Shown here: positions 29,367 through 42,891 of the stretch, piece by piece
How positions within the stretch are numbered: position 1 is the stretch's first letter
Layout: every line of letters starts with the position of its first letter
DNA from: the human T2T-CHM13v2.0 reference genome, Homo sapiens
Assembly: GCF_009914755.1 (NCBI RefSeq)
Contig: NC_060931.1
Reading direction: 5' to 3' (one strand)
Length of the DNA stretch: 64,000 nucleotides
The notes under the pieces: model-generated
Told to the model about the DNA's origin: nothing
The model's database searches: none
Seen by the model: only the letters and a program-made list of their open reading frames with translations
Position numbers and translations under genes: made by a program

Positions 29367-32300
29367 GTGAATCACCATCGCATATTGGCCCTAGTGTTCA
29401 TGCAGTGATGGTGAATCACCATGGCGTATTGGCCGTAGTGTTCATATAGTCATGGTGAATCACCATGGCGTATTGGCCGTAGTGTTCACGCAGTCATGGT
29501 GAATCACCATGGCGTATTGGCCGTAGTGTTCATATAGTCATGGTGAATCACCATGGCGTATTGGCCGTAGTGTTCATATAGTCATGGTGAATCACCATGG
29601 CGTATTGGCCCTAGTGTTCATGCAGTCATGATGAATCACCATGGCATATTGGCCGTAGTGTTCATATAGTCATGGTGAATCACCATGGCATATTGGCGCT
29701 AGTGTTCATATAGTCATGGTGAATCACCATGGCGTATTGGCCGTAGTGTTCATATAGTCATGGTGAATCACCATGGCATATTGGCCGTAGTGTTCATATA
29801 CTCATGGTGAATCACCATGGCGTATTGGCCGTAGTATTCATATAGTCATGGTGAATCACCATGGCATATTGGCGCTAGTATTCATATAGTCATGGTGAAT
29901 CACCATGGCGTATTGGCCGTAGTGTTCATATAGTCATGGTGAATCACCATGGCGTATTGGCGCTAGTATTCATATAGTCATGGTGAATCACCATGGCGTA
30001 TTGGCCGTAGTGTTCATATAGTCATGGTGAATCACCATGGTGTATTGGCGCTAGTATTCATATAGTCATGGTGAATCACCATGGCGTATTGGCCGTAGTA
30101 TTCATATAGTCATGGTGAATCACCATGGCATATTGGCGCTAGTATTCATATAGTCATGGTGAATCACCATGGCGTATTGGCGCTAGTATTCATATAGTCA
30201 TGGTGAATCACCATGGCGTATTGGCCGTAGTGTTCATATAGTCATGGTGAATCACCATGGCGTATTGGCGCTAGTATTCATATAGTCATGGTGAATCACC
30301 ATGGCGTATTGGCCGTAGTGTTCATATAGTCATGGTGAATCACCATGGCGTATTGGCCGTAGTATTCATATAGTCATGGTGAATCACCATGGCATATTGG
30401 CGCTAGTATTCATATAGTCATGGTGAATCACCATGGCATATTGGCCGTAGTGTTCATATAGTCATGGTGAATCACCATGGCATATTGGCGCTAGTATTCA
30501 TATAGTCATGGTGAATCACCATGGCATATTGGCGCTAGTGTTCATATAGTCATGGTGAATCACCATGGCGTGTTGGCCCTAGTGTTCACGCAGTCATGGT
30601 GAATCACCATGGCGTGTTGGCCCTAGTGTTCACGCAGTCATGGTGAATCACCATGGCATATTGGCCATAGTGTTCATATAGTCATGGTGAATCACCATGG
30701 CATATTGGCCGTAGTGTTCACGCAGTCATGGTGAATCACCATGGCGTATTGGCGGTAGTGTTCATATAGTCATGGTGAATCAGCATGGTGTATTGGCGCT
30801 AGTGTTCATATAGTCATGGTGAATCACCATGGCGTATTGGCCATAGTGTTCATATAGTCATGGTGAATCACCATGGCGTATTGGCCATAGTGTTCATAGA
30901 GTCGTGGTGAATCACCATGGCATATTGGCGCTAGTATTCATATAGTCATGGTGAATCACCATGGCGTATTGGCCGTAGTGTTCATATAGTCATGGTGAAT
31001 CACTGTGGCATATTGGCCGTAGCGTTCACGCAGTCATGGTGAATCACCATGGCGTATTAGCCATAGTGTTCATATAGTCATGGTGAATCAGCATGGCATA
31101 TTGGCGCTAGTGTTCATATAGTCATGGTGAATCACCATGGCATATTGGCCCTAGTGTTCACGCAGTCATGGTGAATCACCATGGCGTATTGGCCCTAGTG
31201 TTCATATAGTCATGTGAATCACCATGGCGTATCGGCCGTAGTGTTCATATAGTCATGGTGAATCACCATGGCGTATCAGCCTTAGTGTTCATATAGTCAT
31301 GGTGAATCACCATGGCGTATCGGCCGTAGTGTTCATATAGTCATGGTGAATCACCATGGCGTATCGGCCATAGTGTTCATATAGTCATGGTGAATCACCA
31401 TGGCGTATTGGGCGTAGTGTTCATATAGTCATGGTGAATCACCATGGCGTATTGGCCGTAGTGTTCATATAGTCATGGTGAATCACCATGGCGTATTGGC
31501 CATAGTGTTCATGTAGTCAAGATGAATCACCATGGCGTATTGGCGCTAGTATTCATATAGTCATGATGAATCACCATAGCGTATTGGCCATAGTGTTCAT
31601 ATAGTCATGGTGAATCACCATGGCATATTGGCCGTAGTGTTCATATAGTCATGGTGAATCACCATGGCGTATCGGCCGTAGTGTTCATATAGTCATGGTG
31701 AATCACCATGGTGTGTTGGCCCTAGTGTTCACTCAGTCATGGTGAATCACCATGGCGTGTTGGCCCTAGTGTTCACGCAGTCATGGTGAATCACCATGGC
31801 ATATTGGCCATAGCGTTCATATAGTCATGGTGAATCACCATGGCGTATTGGCCGTAGTGTTCACGCAGTCATGGTGAATCACCATGGCGTATTGGCGGTA
31901 GTGTTCATATAGTCATGGTGAATCAGCATGGTGTATTGGCGCTTGTGTTCATATAGTCATGGTGAATCACCATGGCGTATTGGCCATAGTGTTCATATAG
32001 TCATGGTGAATCACCATGGCGTATTGGCCATAGTGTTCATAGAGTCATGGTGAATCACCATGGCATATTGGCGCTAGTATTCATATAGTCATGGTGAATC
32101 ACCATGGCGTATTGGCCGTAGTGTTCATATAGTCATGGTGAATCACTGTGGCATATTGGCCGTAGTGTTCACGCAGTCATGGTGAATCACCATGGCGTAT
32201 TAGCCATAGTGTTCATATAGTCATGGTGAATCAGCATGGCATATTGGCGCTAGTGTTCATATAGTCATGGTGAATCACCATGGCATATTGGCCCTAGTGT

Positions 32301-32972
32301 TCACGCAGTCATGGTGAATCACCATGGCGTATCGGCCGTAGTGTTCATATAGTCATGTGAATCACCATGGCGTATCGGCCGTAGTGTTCATATAGTCATG
32401 GTGAATCACCATGGCGTATCGGCCGTAGTGTTCATATAGTCATGGTGAATCACCATGGCGTATCGGCCGTAGTGTTCATATAGTCATGGTGAATCACCAT
32501 GGCGTATTGGGCGTAGTATTCATATAGTCATGGTGAATCACCATGGCGTATTGGGCGTAGTGTTCATATAGTCATGGTGAATCACCATGGCGTATTGGCC
32601 ATAGTGTTCATGTAGTCAAGATGAATCACCATGGCGTATTGGCGCTAGTATTCATATAGTCATGATGAATCACCATAGCGTATTGGCCATAGTGTTCATA
32701 TAGTCATGGTGAATCACCATGGCATATCGGCCGTAGTGTTCATATAGTCATGGTGAATCACCATGGCGTATCGGCCGTAGTGTTCATATAGTCATGGTGA
32801 ATCACCATGGCGTATTGGCCGTAGTGTTCATATAGTCATGGTGAATCACCATGGCATATTGGCGCTAGTGTTCATAAAGTCATTGTGAATCACCATGGCT
32901 TGTTGGCCCTAGTGTTCACGCGATCATGGTGAATCACCATGGCGTATTGGCCCTAGTGTTCATGCAGTCTTG
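29367..32972. repeat. 44-bp minisatellite/VNTR, 82 units (gtgaatcaccatggcgtattggccgtagtgttcatatagtcatg)
   Basis: Period 44 (29367, 29411, 29455...). 3606 bp = 82 x 44 minus two 1-nt deletions. Confidence 0.98.
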
Positions 32973-33454
32973 CAAGGCACTGCATATTATTTCCAGTTAG
33001 CATTTATGGGAATTTACATTTGTCGTATCAAAGAAAAGTTAATCCCCTGCTGTTTCTGAATATCTTAGATACCTACTGAAAATCATAATCTAACAAACTG
33101 AATTTCAATATTAAGTAAGGCAATGGAGTTTAAGTCTTTCTGATGTCCCACTCTGCCCTCTGTGCTTAGAAAATTCCAAATAAACACAGGTCAAGTGAAT
33201 TTGTTAGGCTTGTCTCTAAACTTTCAAAAGGATCTTTGCTGAGAGCCACCTCTCGAACCTACCTTTATTTACTAATTTATTTGTTTGTTCATAGGCACAT
33301 AATGAGGGCCTGTGCTGTGCTCCATATGGAATTCTTTTTTTTTTTTTTTCAGTTTTTAAAATCAAGATCACAGTATGTTGGGAGGGCAATTATCTGACTT
33401 TTCATTCCTATTTAGGATAATTTTTAAAGCCAATGAGATATAAGCTATGAAATT

Positions 33455-36080
33455 CTTTTTAAAAACTTTTTATTTTGAATAATTGTAGACACAGAAAAGT
33501 TGCAAAAGTAGTGCAAAAAAATCTCCCATATTTCTCATGTCACCACTCCTAGTGATAGCATATTGTATAACTTTGGTATAATGATCAAGAATAGGAAATT
33601 AACATGGGTGCCATATTGTTAACTCATCTACAGGCCTCATTTGAATTCTACCAATTTTTCTACCAATTTTCTACCTGTGTCCCAGGACCCCATGCTGCCT
33701 TTAGATGTTCTTTCTTCTTAGCACCCTCCAGTCTATAACATTTCCTCCATTTCTCCTTGTCTTTCATGACCTTGCACTTTTGAGGAGGACTGGTCAGTTA
33801 TGTTGTAGTGTCCCTCAATTTGGGTTTTTCCCAGTGTTTTCTCATGATTGGAGTAAGGTTCTGCATTTTGGGTAAAAAATATCACATAAATGATTATTTG
33901 TCCTTCCCATTGCATTATATCCAATGGGCTCCAGTGATGTTGGCCTTGGTCATTTGCTTAAGTGGCTGTCTGCCAGGTTTCCACTGTAAATTTGATGATT
34001 TGATTTATTTAATTATTTATATCAGTAAAGACTCATGGGTATTTATTTTATTCTATGGGTTAATCCAGTACTAACATTAATTTTTGTTGTTGTTGATCAA
34101 ACTGTTCTAGTATGAGTCATTAGAAACTCCTTTAGGTTAGCTTTCATGTTCTCTCAATAAACCCCTATTTTTTTAGTATTCCATTGCTTTCTGGTTTCCT
34201 AAAATATTCCTGACTCATTCTGTATTTTCCCTGCCCCAGCCCAGATACAATTGCTCCTCCCAGAAGCCCTATTTTCTTTTACTGGGTGATGGTATTTAGA
34301 CACCAAGATCTGGGTGCTAACTGTGCTCATTGCTACTGGGGTGTCATTGTTTCTAGGCCTTCTCAGTGGACAGACGCAGGACATATATGTATGTATACTA
34401 ACCCATGGACACACACATATCTATATTTTGGATCTATCTGTGTACATAGAGATTAAAAACCATGAGTTTATACAGATACCTCTGATTTCAAACTTCACAG
34501 TTTATTTTAGTGTTCCCCTTTTCCTTATAACGTTTTTTTTCAACAGTGAAAAACCTGGCTTTCATTATCTCCAATATATTTACATATTTGTCCCATTCTA
34601 GCATGCACACAGTCTCAAAATTGATCATCCAAACCCCTGGGAGAAACAAATTTACTCACGGAACTACAGAGAATCTTCCTTCTCTCAGCAGTCCCATCTT
34701 TCCACCCTATTTCCACCTATACCCTATAGGTAATCAATCTGGTTCCTGGTTTCTGCTTCCTACATTTCCTTTTTCACAAAAGACTCGATTCATATATATT
34801 CTCATATCCCTTTCTTCTATGATATATAATTATATCATACTATATACATACATATATGTGTGTATATATATATATATATACACACACATACATACATACA
34901 TACATACATACATACATACATACTATAACACATACTCTTGGGCTTTGTTAACTCTGACATGGAAATCACTCCATATCTGTTTATAGAGTTATTCATTCTC
35001 TCTTACACCTGCACCCTACTTCATTGTATTGGGGGGGTATAGTTTTGGGGGGTTTTATAAATTGACAAATGATAATTATATATATTTACAGGGTACAATA
35101 TGATATTTTGTTATATGTATACATTATGAAATTATTAAATCAAGCTAATTAACATCTCTATCACCTCATATACTTATCTTTTTTCATTGTGGTATAATAG
35201 TTAACATCTATTCTCTTATCTATTTTGAAACATGCATTACATTCTTATTAACTATAATCACCATACTCTGCAACAGATCTCAAAAACTTATTCCTCCTGT
35301 CTAACTGAAACTTTGTATCTTTTTATCAGCACCCCCCCAATCCCTCCCACTCCCAGCCTCTGGTAACCACTACTACTCTACTCACTGCTCAATACTATTC
35401 AGCCTTAAAAAAGAAGGATGTACCGTCATTTATTCAACCACATATTGTTTCCAATATTTGCAACTACAAATAAAACTGCAATAAATACAAACTTGTGCAC
35501 ATGTATTTGTGCATTGTTTGAGGTGAATTCTCTAGGAGTCTAGAAGTGGAAGTGTTGGGCTGAAAGTTAAGTGTGTACTTTATTAGGTATTGTCAGATGT
35601 CTCTCTGAAATGATTGCACCAGCTTGCTTCCCGACAAGCAAGTCTGAGAGTGCCTGTTTCCCTACAGTCTCCCCAGCACCATGTGTCATACTTTTTTCTT
35701 CTTTTTCCAAGTCTCATAGGTGAGAAATGATATCTCAATTAATTTTAATTCCTACTTCCTTAATTTCATATGTATTTGAGTACCTTTCATATGTTTGATT
35801 GAGGGCCATTTTTATGTCTTTTTGTGAATTGTCTGTTCATGTCTTTTTCTCATATTTTTATCTTTTTTTTTTATAACCACATTTTTCAAAGTATTTTGTA
35901 TGTTAGGGATATTAGCCATGTGTTGTAAATACTTTTCTCCTGGTTTGTAAGATGTCTTTTGTTTATGATGCATCTGTCATGCAAAAGTTTTATGTTTTTA
36001 TGTAGTCCAACTTATTAATCTTAATTTCTGGCTCCTGAATTTTGAGTCATCTAAGCTTTTCTCTACACCAGGGTTCAAGA
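33455..36080 (-). mobile_element. Cluster of old antisense L1M fragments, including an L1MA 3' end at ~35050-35431 and a (TA)/(TACA)n STR at ~34820-34925
   Basis: Antisense L1 3'UTR starts (ttttattttgaataattgtagac; aattgacaaatgataattatatatatttacagggtacaa) and ORF2-end motifs. Confidence 0.75.
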
Positions 36081-36134
36081 GGAATTAACCTATGCTTATG
36101 AGAATACTTTGAAACATCATAACATACAAATGTT

Positions 36135-36430
36135 GGCTGGGCACAGTGGCTCACGCCTGTAATTCCAGCACTTTGGGAGGCCGAGGCAGACGGATTCCCT
36201 GAGGTCAGGAGTTCCAGCCTGGCTAACATGGTGAAACTCTGTCTCTACTAAAAATACAAAAATTCGCCAGGCGTCGTGGCAGGTGCCTATAATCCCAGCT
36301 ACTTGGGAGGCTGAGGCAGGAGAATCACTTGAACCTAGGAAGCAGAGGTTGCAGTGAGCTGAGGTCTGCCACTGCACTCCAGCCTGAGCGATAGAGCAAG
36401 ACTCCTTCTCAAAACAAAACAAAACAAAAC
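36135..36430 (+). mobile_element. AluS
   Basis: Full dimer with (CAAAA) tail. Confidence 0.95.
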
Positions 36431-36725
36431 CACGCAATGTTAAAAACTCATCTATTAACAGAACCTGCAATATTAGGACTCGCTTGCATCTTCCGATCAC
36501 TGGGCAGCTGCCTTCCCAGCTGGTTTCTAAGCAGCAATGTCTTCTCTGAATTGGCATCGTCACTCTACCCTCAGGCTTCCTGGCTTCTCCAAACCCAGAC
36601 ACTTCATCTAAAACTACCTGGGGCATTCTAGACTCTCTAGCCTCCCCCATCTGTCTTTACTCTAAATGTAGTCCTTGTTTTTCCTGGTAGTTTTATTCAG
36701 CCGTTGCTTTTGTATTTTCTATTGA

Positions 36726-37229
<504 letters not shown>

Positions 37230-38070
37230 CCACATAAGAAATTATAGCTAAGTGATAGGGTGCTTACCTGACAGAGCCCAGCAGACTCAGCAGAACACAG
37301 ATATCATTCTTCACGTGGAGGGGTGTCATCCAAAAGAAACATGAAAATGAATCTTTTCTACACGTTGGAGACAGCAGTAGCTACAAAATATACTGAAATA
37401 TTTAATACTTATAAAATGTTAGCACTTTTCATTTTTCCCACCATGACCTTTACTCACTATAACCTTTAAGTACTTAGAGAGGTTTTTGTTGTGGTGGTAT
37501 TGGTATTTAATCAGTACATTAAGGATAAAAAATATAAGGAGGTTTGAAAGGAAATACATCTTTCAATTTATCCCCTTCCTCCCTCTCTCTCTCGACTTGT
37601 ATCTGTCAACACAAACCAACACAAAACCTGATGCCACCAGGTTTGTAAGGTCATAATGACCTGCGTTATACCTAGAAAAAATTATCTTCTAGGAGAACCA
37701 AAGATGGAGATACAAATTGTGGAGGTAGATCACTGCATGGTTCTGCATTTTAATTTTTAACTTTGACTGTTCTGGAGATTTAAGAAGTTGATCCAAAGAC
37801 CTCACTGCATGTCCTCTCTTAATGAGTATTTACTATTTGGGTTAAGCAATGATGGACCTATTTCAGCTTCATATAAATTATATACATCTGAAGAAACCTA
37901 ATAGAGACTAAATGAGACATATTACTTAGTAACACAAGAGACAAGCTCTTGAAATGGATACCATGGAAGGAGAAAGGAGTTAAGTTATAGGTAGGGGATA
38001 AAATTGCAGCAGCTTAAATTCTTGGTTCCCAACATTTTGCTTTGTTTTTGTTTGTTTGTTCAATTTTCAG

Positions 38071-38152
38071 GGATCCTCAAAGTCTGGACCCACCAGAAGT
38101 CAGCAATGCAAAGCTTCAGTATGCAGGATGGGGCCCTAAAGGCCAACAGCTG
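38071..38152 (+). CDS. DPP6: DPP6 internal coding exon (82 nt, phase 2 to 0; probably exon 7)
   Basis: (TTTG)-rich tract plus ttttcag acceptor ending 38070, donor gtaagc at 38153. The first G completes the Gly codon from the previous exon, then [27 protein letters not shown], contiguous DPP6 sequence. Confidence 0.97.
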
Positions 38153-38249
38153 GTAAGCCAATCAAGTTCAGTAACTATACTTGGGTTTTGAGGAAGTTTC
38201 TGTTTTCTAAGCTGAATGGATCTCACTGTACTCAGCCTGTACATGGTGT

Positions 38250-38272
38250 TGTGTGTGTGTGTGTGTGTGTGT
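38250..38272 (+). repeat. (TG)11 microsatellite ~100 nt downstream of the exon donor
   Basis: Direct inspection. Confidence 0.95.
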
Positions 38273-38548
38273 AAATTAAAATCTGGAGAGGTACACCAGG
38301 GTGTCTGAATATGTAAAAGGGTCATTTCTTTTTAGATAGCAAATTCTCCTAAAATTGGAACAGCATGTGCTTGGTTCCTACATCTGACATGGTTAAAGTG
38401 GTGCCTAACTGTAGCTGTGTCTATGGACTCCAGATGAATCATGAGCTCAAAGAGATCAACTTCATTAAAAGAACTGCAGATGAGAATGATCCGAATGATT
38501 TTGTCATCTAAAGATGCTCTGGGAACTCAGACTTCTTCCTGTGGAGGG

Positions 38549-38881
<333 letters not shown>

Positions 38882-40706
38882 TAAGCAAGTAGATTTGCTG
38901 GCCCTGATGGAGCCAGGCCAGTCCCGTCAACATGCAAAATCCCCCGTGGTCATTGCAGCCCTCTCGGTTTCTATCAGCTATCTTCATGGATTCCTTCTCA
39001 AATTGGCAAAACTGCTGGGTTTCTGTGAATGGGAAGGACAGTGCAGAGAAAAAGGCCCTGAACACTATTTCTAAGATGAGGGCTCCCACCCTGGTTCTCA
39101 CTGCCGAGCTGGCCTTGGACAGCACCTCCCGCTGTCAGGCTGTAGGCAGCAGCCCAGCCATGTAGTGAAGAATTTGGATAATACGATCCTTCAGGTTTGT
39201 TCCAACTCTAGCCTTGCGTTTGACTAAAACTTGGTTATATTTGTCCATTCTGGGTAACATTTTTTTAAGACATTGTATTGCCACGTGCAGAAAGTCCCTC
39301 AGGTTTGAAGGTCAGATGACATGGTTGCTGTTTTCAAGTCACCATTTTCTTCTGCCTCTTTAAGCTGATTACCTAAGCCTGCATTTGTAAAGCTCCTTTT
39401 TCCTAAAATAGCACAAAAAATGATCGTATCTAAAAGCTCCCACAGAATTGTATCGGATAGGCTGTCATCTATCTTACAAATGAAAATAGTCTTATTTCTC
39501 CCCATAGTACAATCGCATTTTCTTGGTTATATATTAATTCCACTGCCTTGAATTGGTTTGAAAAAACAAGAAGATAGAGGCGGTGAAACTATTAATATTT
39601 TAGCTATTATTAACATGTCTCTAATGCTAAAACTGATAACAGAGGTTTTGAAAAGCATATGTAACTGATCAAAATCACAGGGTGACAGGAGGAAGTGAGG
39701 CAGCTGAGAGCTGACCTTGACCGAGGAACACCAATCCATCAGTTCAGTCACAACAAAGAGACAAAATTTGTCTTTTCTCAAAGGCATTAACTCTTACACA
39801 GGGAAAAAAATGCAATTTGATAAGAGATTGTAGAAGATCTAAGTTTTCAGGACTGATGCGCAACTGAATCTCTAATAGTTGACTTTAAAACCCTCTGAAA
39901 GTCTGTGATTGAAGAGATTTTCAATATCCATCAAATCATCTGTGAAAGTGGCCATTACACCTCCATAGAGAGCTCTCCCTGCCTGCTGCGGATCCATTAC
40001 AAGCCAGTACCCACAGCTCTGCACCTGGCCTCATCACCCCACTACAGGGAGAAGGATGGGAATGTGTAACCTTACTGAGTGATCATTGTCCAGCCTTTTT
40101 ATAGTAGTCAGGAGAAGACCATCATAATGTGACCACATGTCAAGGTCTCTTTCCACCATACCTGCGGCCTCGCTTCTTATCACCCAGCGGCTGTAACTCA
40201 GTGTGTGGACTCCTGCCTCATTGTCTGCACATGCAAATAAACCGGGTCCCGTAGTAGAGTTGGTACTTGTCCTGCCTCTGGGAACAGCTTGTAACATAAA
40301 GGAAATTTAACCCACAACTGTAAAAGGAGTTGCTGTGCATGCATATGTGTGTGTGTGTGCGTGTGCATGCACACACTTTAGAATTAAGTCTATAATTGTC
40401 CTCTTGAACAACTGACCTTCACTCATGTCATGCTCCGTTGGAGATGAGGAGGGGATAAGTGATTATAGAAGTTATCTTGTTTAACCTCTTACAGAATAAG
40501 TAGCAACAAAACAAAGTAAATGACAACTTCTCAGAGAAGGCTTCCTGACACCTCCCCCAACACACACATGCACACACACACGTGCACACACACACACACA
40601 CACAATGGTAGCTAGCCATCCTGGGGCTTCAGGTTTCACCGTGCAATCTCCCAGCACACATGATCTCTTGTTGCCTGTAGACATGTCTCTCTCCTTGGTT
40701 AGGTGG

Positions 40707-41048
40707 TGATATGGTGTGGCTCTGTGTCCCCACACAAATCTCACCTTTGAATTATTATAATCCCCATGTGTCAATGGTGGGACCAGATGGAGATAATTGA
40801 ATCATGGGGGCAGTTTCCCCCATGCTCTTCTAGTGATAGTGAGTTCTCACGAGATCTGATGGTTTCCCCCTTCGCTCGACACTCACTCTGTCTTCTGCTG
40901 CCCTGTGAAGAGGTGCCTTCTGCCGTGATTGTAAGTCTCCTGAGGCCTCCCCAGCAATGCAGAACTGTGAGTCAATTAAACCTCTTTCTTGTATAAATGA
41001 CTCAGTCTCAAATATTTCTTCATAGCAGCATGAGAACAAACTAATACA
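40707..41048 (+). mobile_element. THE1 (ERVL-MaLR) solo LTR
   Basis: tgatatggtgtggctctgtgtccccacacaaatctcacc ... gcagcatgagaacaaactaataca. Confidence 0.9.
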
Positions 41049-41491
41049 GGTACCCTGAGTCCACACAGTGAGACTGTTTCATCTTCGTATTCTAACACAC
41101 CCAGCACAGTGTCTGGTGCCCAGTACACATTTGTTGAGGTAAAAGATGAAAGCACAAACAGATTGATTAATTCATTAGTTAATACATTTTTGTGGTTTCA
41201 AACCACTTCAGCATGAAGAATTGGATGGTGGCAAATAGCCAGCATCTATGAATATGTTCTAGGACAGTACTAGAGGTGACAGAAATTTGACTTCCTTTCT
41301 GCTTCAAAGAAATGAATGTTCAGGTAAGTAATAACTGTTAATACTTGAGTTTAGTACCAAAGGTGCTATATACTTGTGGAACTTTTGAGTTTTTAAATCC
41401 ATTTGACCTTTAAGAGCGTTATGATACATGCATGTACTGAGCTTAAGACGCAATATAGCTCATTGTTGAGTGAGTACCCTATGTGCTGGAG

Positions 41492-41700
41492 CAGGGGCCG
41501 CCTTCTTCTGCAGAAGGTCAGATAGCACATGTTTCAGTCTTTGCAAACAGATAGTTTCTAGCACAATGACTCATCTCCCTTACTGCAGCATGGAAGCAGC
41601 TGCAGACAGTATAGACAAGATGGGCATGGCTGTGTTCCAATAAAGCTATACTTCCCAACACAGGTGGCTTGGCCTATGGGTTATAGTTTGCTGACCCCTG
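41492..41700. mobile_element. MER58A-like hAT-Charlie MITE
   Basis: cagggg...gggcatggctgtgttccaataaagcta...tagtttgctgacccctg. Confidence 0.8.
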
Positions 41701-42592
41701 TTTTAGGGGATCATATGCTGTCTTGGTTGTTCTCATGAGGAAAGCCTGACCCCAGAGCCACCACCTCATGACAGGTACTCCCCACACCTGCTCCGTCTGC
41801 ACAGAAAATTCACAACTCAAGAGCAGGCCTTGCAAGCCCTAACCTATTAAGTGATGCCAAGCAACACACCCCTCATTGCCATTTTATTTTAAAAAGTAAA
41901 TATTGCTCCCTAAAGTCAACCTACTCTAATTATAATGAGTCAGATTGAAGTGAGTAATTCTCCTTTGGGAGCAGAGAACACAGCTGCAGTTGAGGTTTGC
42001 AAAGAGCTTTGGGAACATGTAGCCTCCTGTGCTGACTGATTTCAGTGATGCCTTTGGGTCTGGAGCCCCTGTATCACAGGTGATGACCCAGGGAACCAGG
42101 GATGGGTGAGGGCATCTTTTCCCAGTGCCTCGATGTGGTTGCCAATTAGCTCTTACCTTTTAGAGTAAGTGTTGTGAGACCCATAGAACATTTCTCCGGT
42201 AGTAATGACTGCAGGGGGAGTGGCCTGTGTGTTGTTAGTGGAGTGGGTGGGAGGAGGCCCCCAGGCTGCCAGAAGCCACTTCTGTGATGATGCTGGTCTG
42301 GGGCTGGAGTTTATGACAAATGACAAGATTGCTTCCAAACGTTTGCTGAGGACCCAGGATGTGATCTAGGAAATAGACTTGGCCAGATTAAATAGGATTA
42401 AATGAGAAATCCTAGGTAAAATGTTAACACAGTGTCTCTCCTTTGCTTCCTCTTCCTCCAAACTGGAGTGGTCAGTCGGGAAACATAAACGTTCAAAACA
42501 TATGCTGTTTCAACGTATTTCTCTGTACCACTTCTTTCCTCATTGTGTCCTCTTCAGATGAATCTGCCTGAACTGAGATTTCCTCCATGTTT

Positions 42593-42891
42593 CTTTCTTT
42601 TTTTTTTTTTTAACTGGAATCTCCCTCTGTCACCCAGGCCGGAGTGAATGTTGCGATCTCTGCTCACTCCAACCTCCACCTCCTGGGTTCAAGCAATTTT
42701 CCTGCCTCAGCCTCCCAAGTAGCTGGGACTACAGGTGTGTGCCACCATACGTGGCTAATTTTTGTGTTTTTAGCAGAGATGGGGTTTCACCGTTTTGGCC
42801 AAGCTGGTCTTGAACCCCTGACCTCAAGTGATCCACCCACCTCGGCCTCCCAAAGTGCTGGGATTATAAGCATGAGCCACTCTGCCCGGCC
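42593..42891 (-). mobile_element. AluS
   Basis: TSD tccatgtttcttt. Confidence 0.95.

Noticed and set aside
29411-32940. Kozak-perfect CACCATGG in most units giving tandem mini-ORFs (MAYWP*, MVNHHGVLAVVFI*)
   Set aside because: A by-product of the palindrome. The array is intronic, the 44-nt period breaks frame, and stops occur in nearly every unit.
29367-32972. CRISPR-like array (palindromic repeat at regular spacing)
   Set aside because: The sequence between palindromes is near-identical from unit to unit (no unique spacers), there are no cas genes, and the context is a primate intron. It is a minisatellite.
40945-40958. PRDM9 hotspot motif in the THE1 LTR
   Set aside because: This copy reads cctccccagcaat, not the hot CCTCCCTAGCCAC form.
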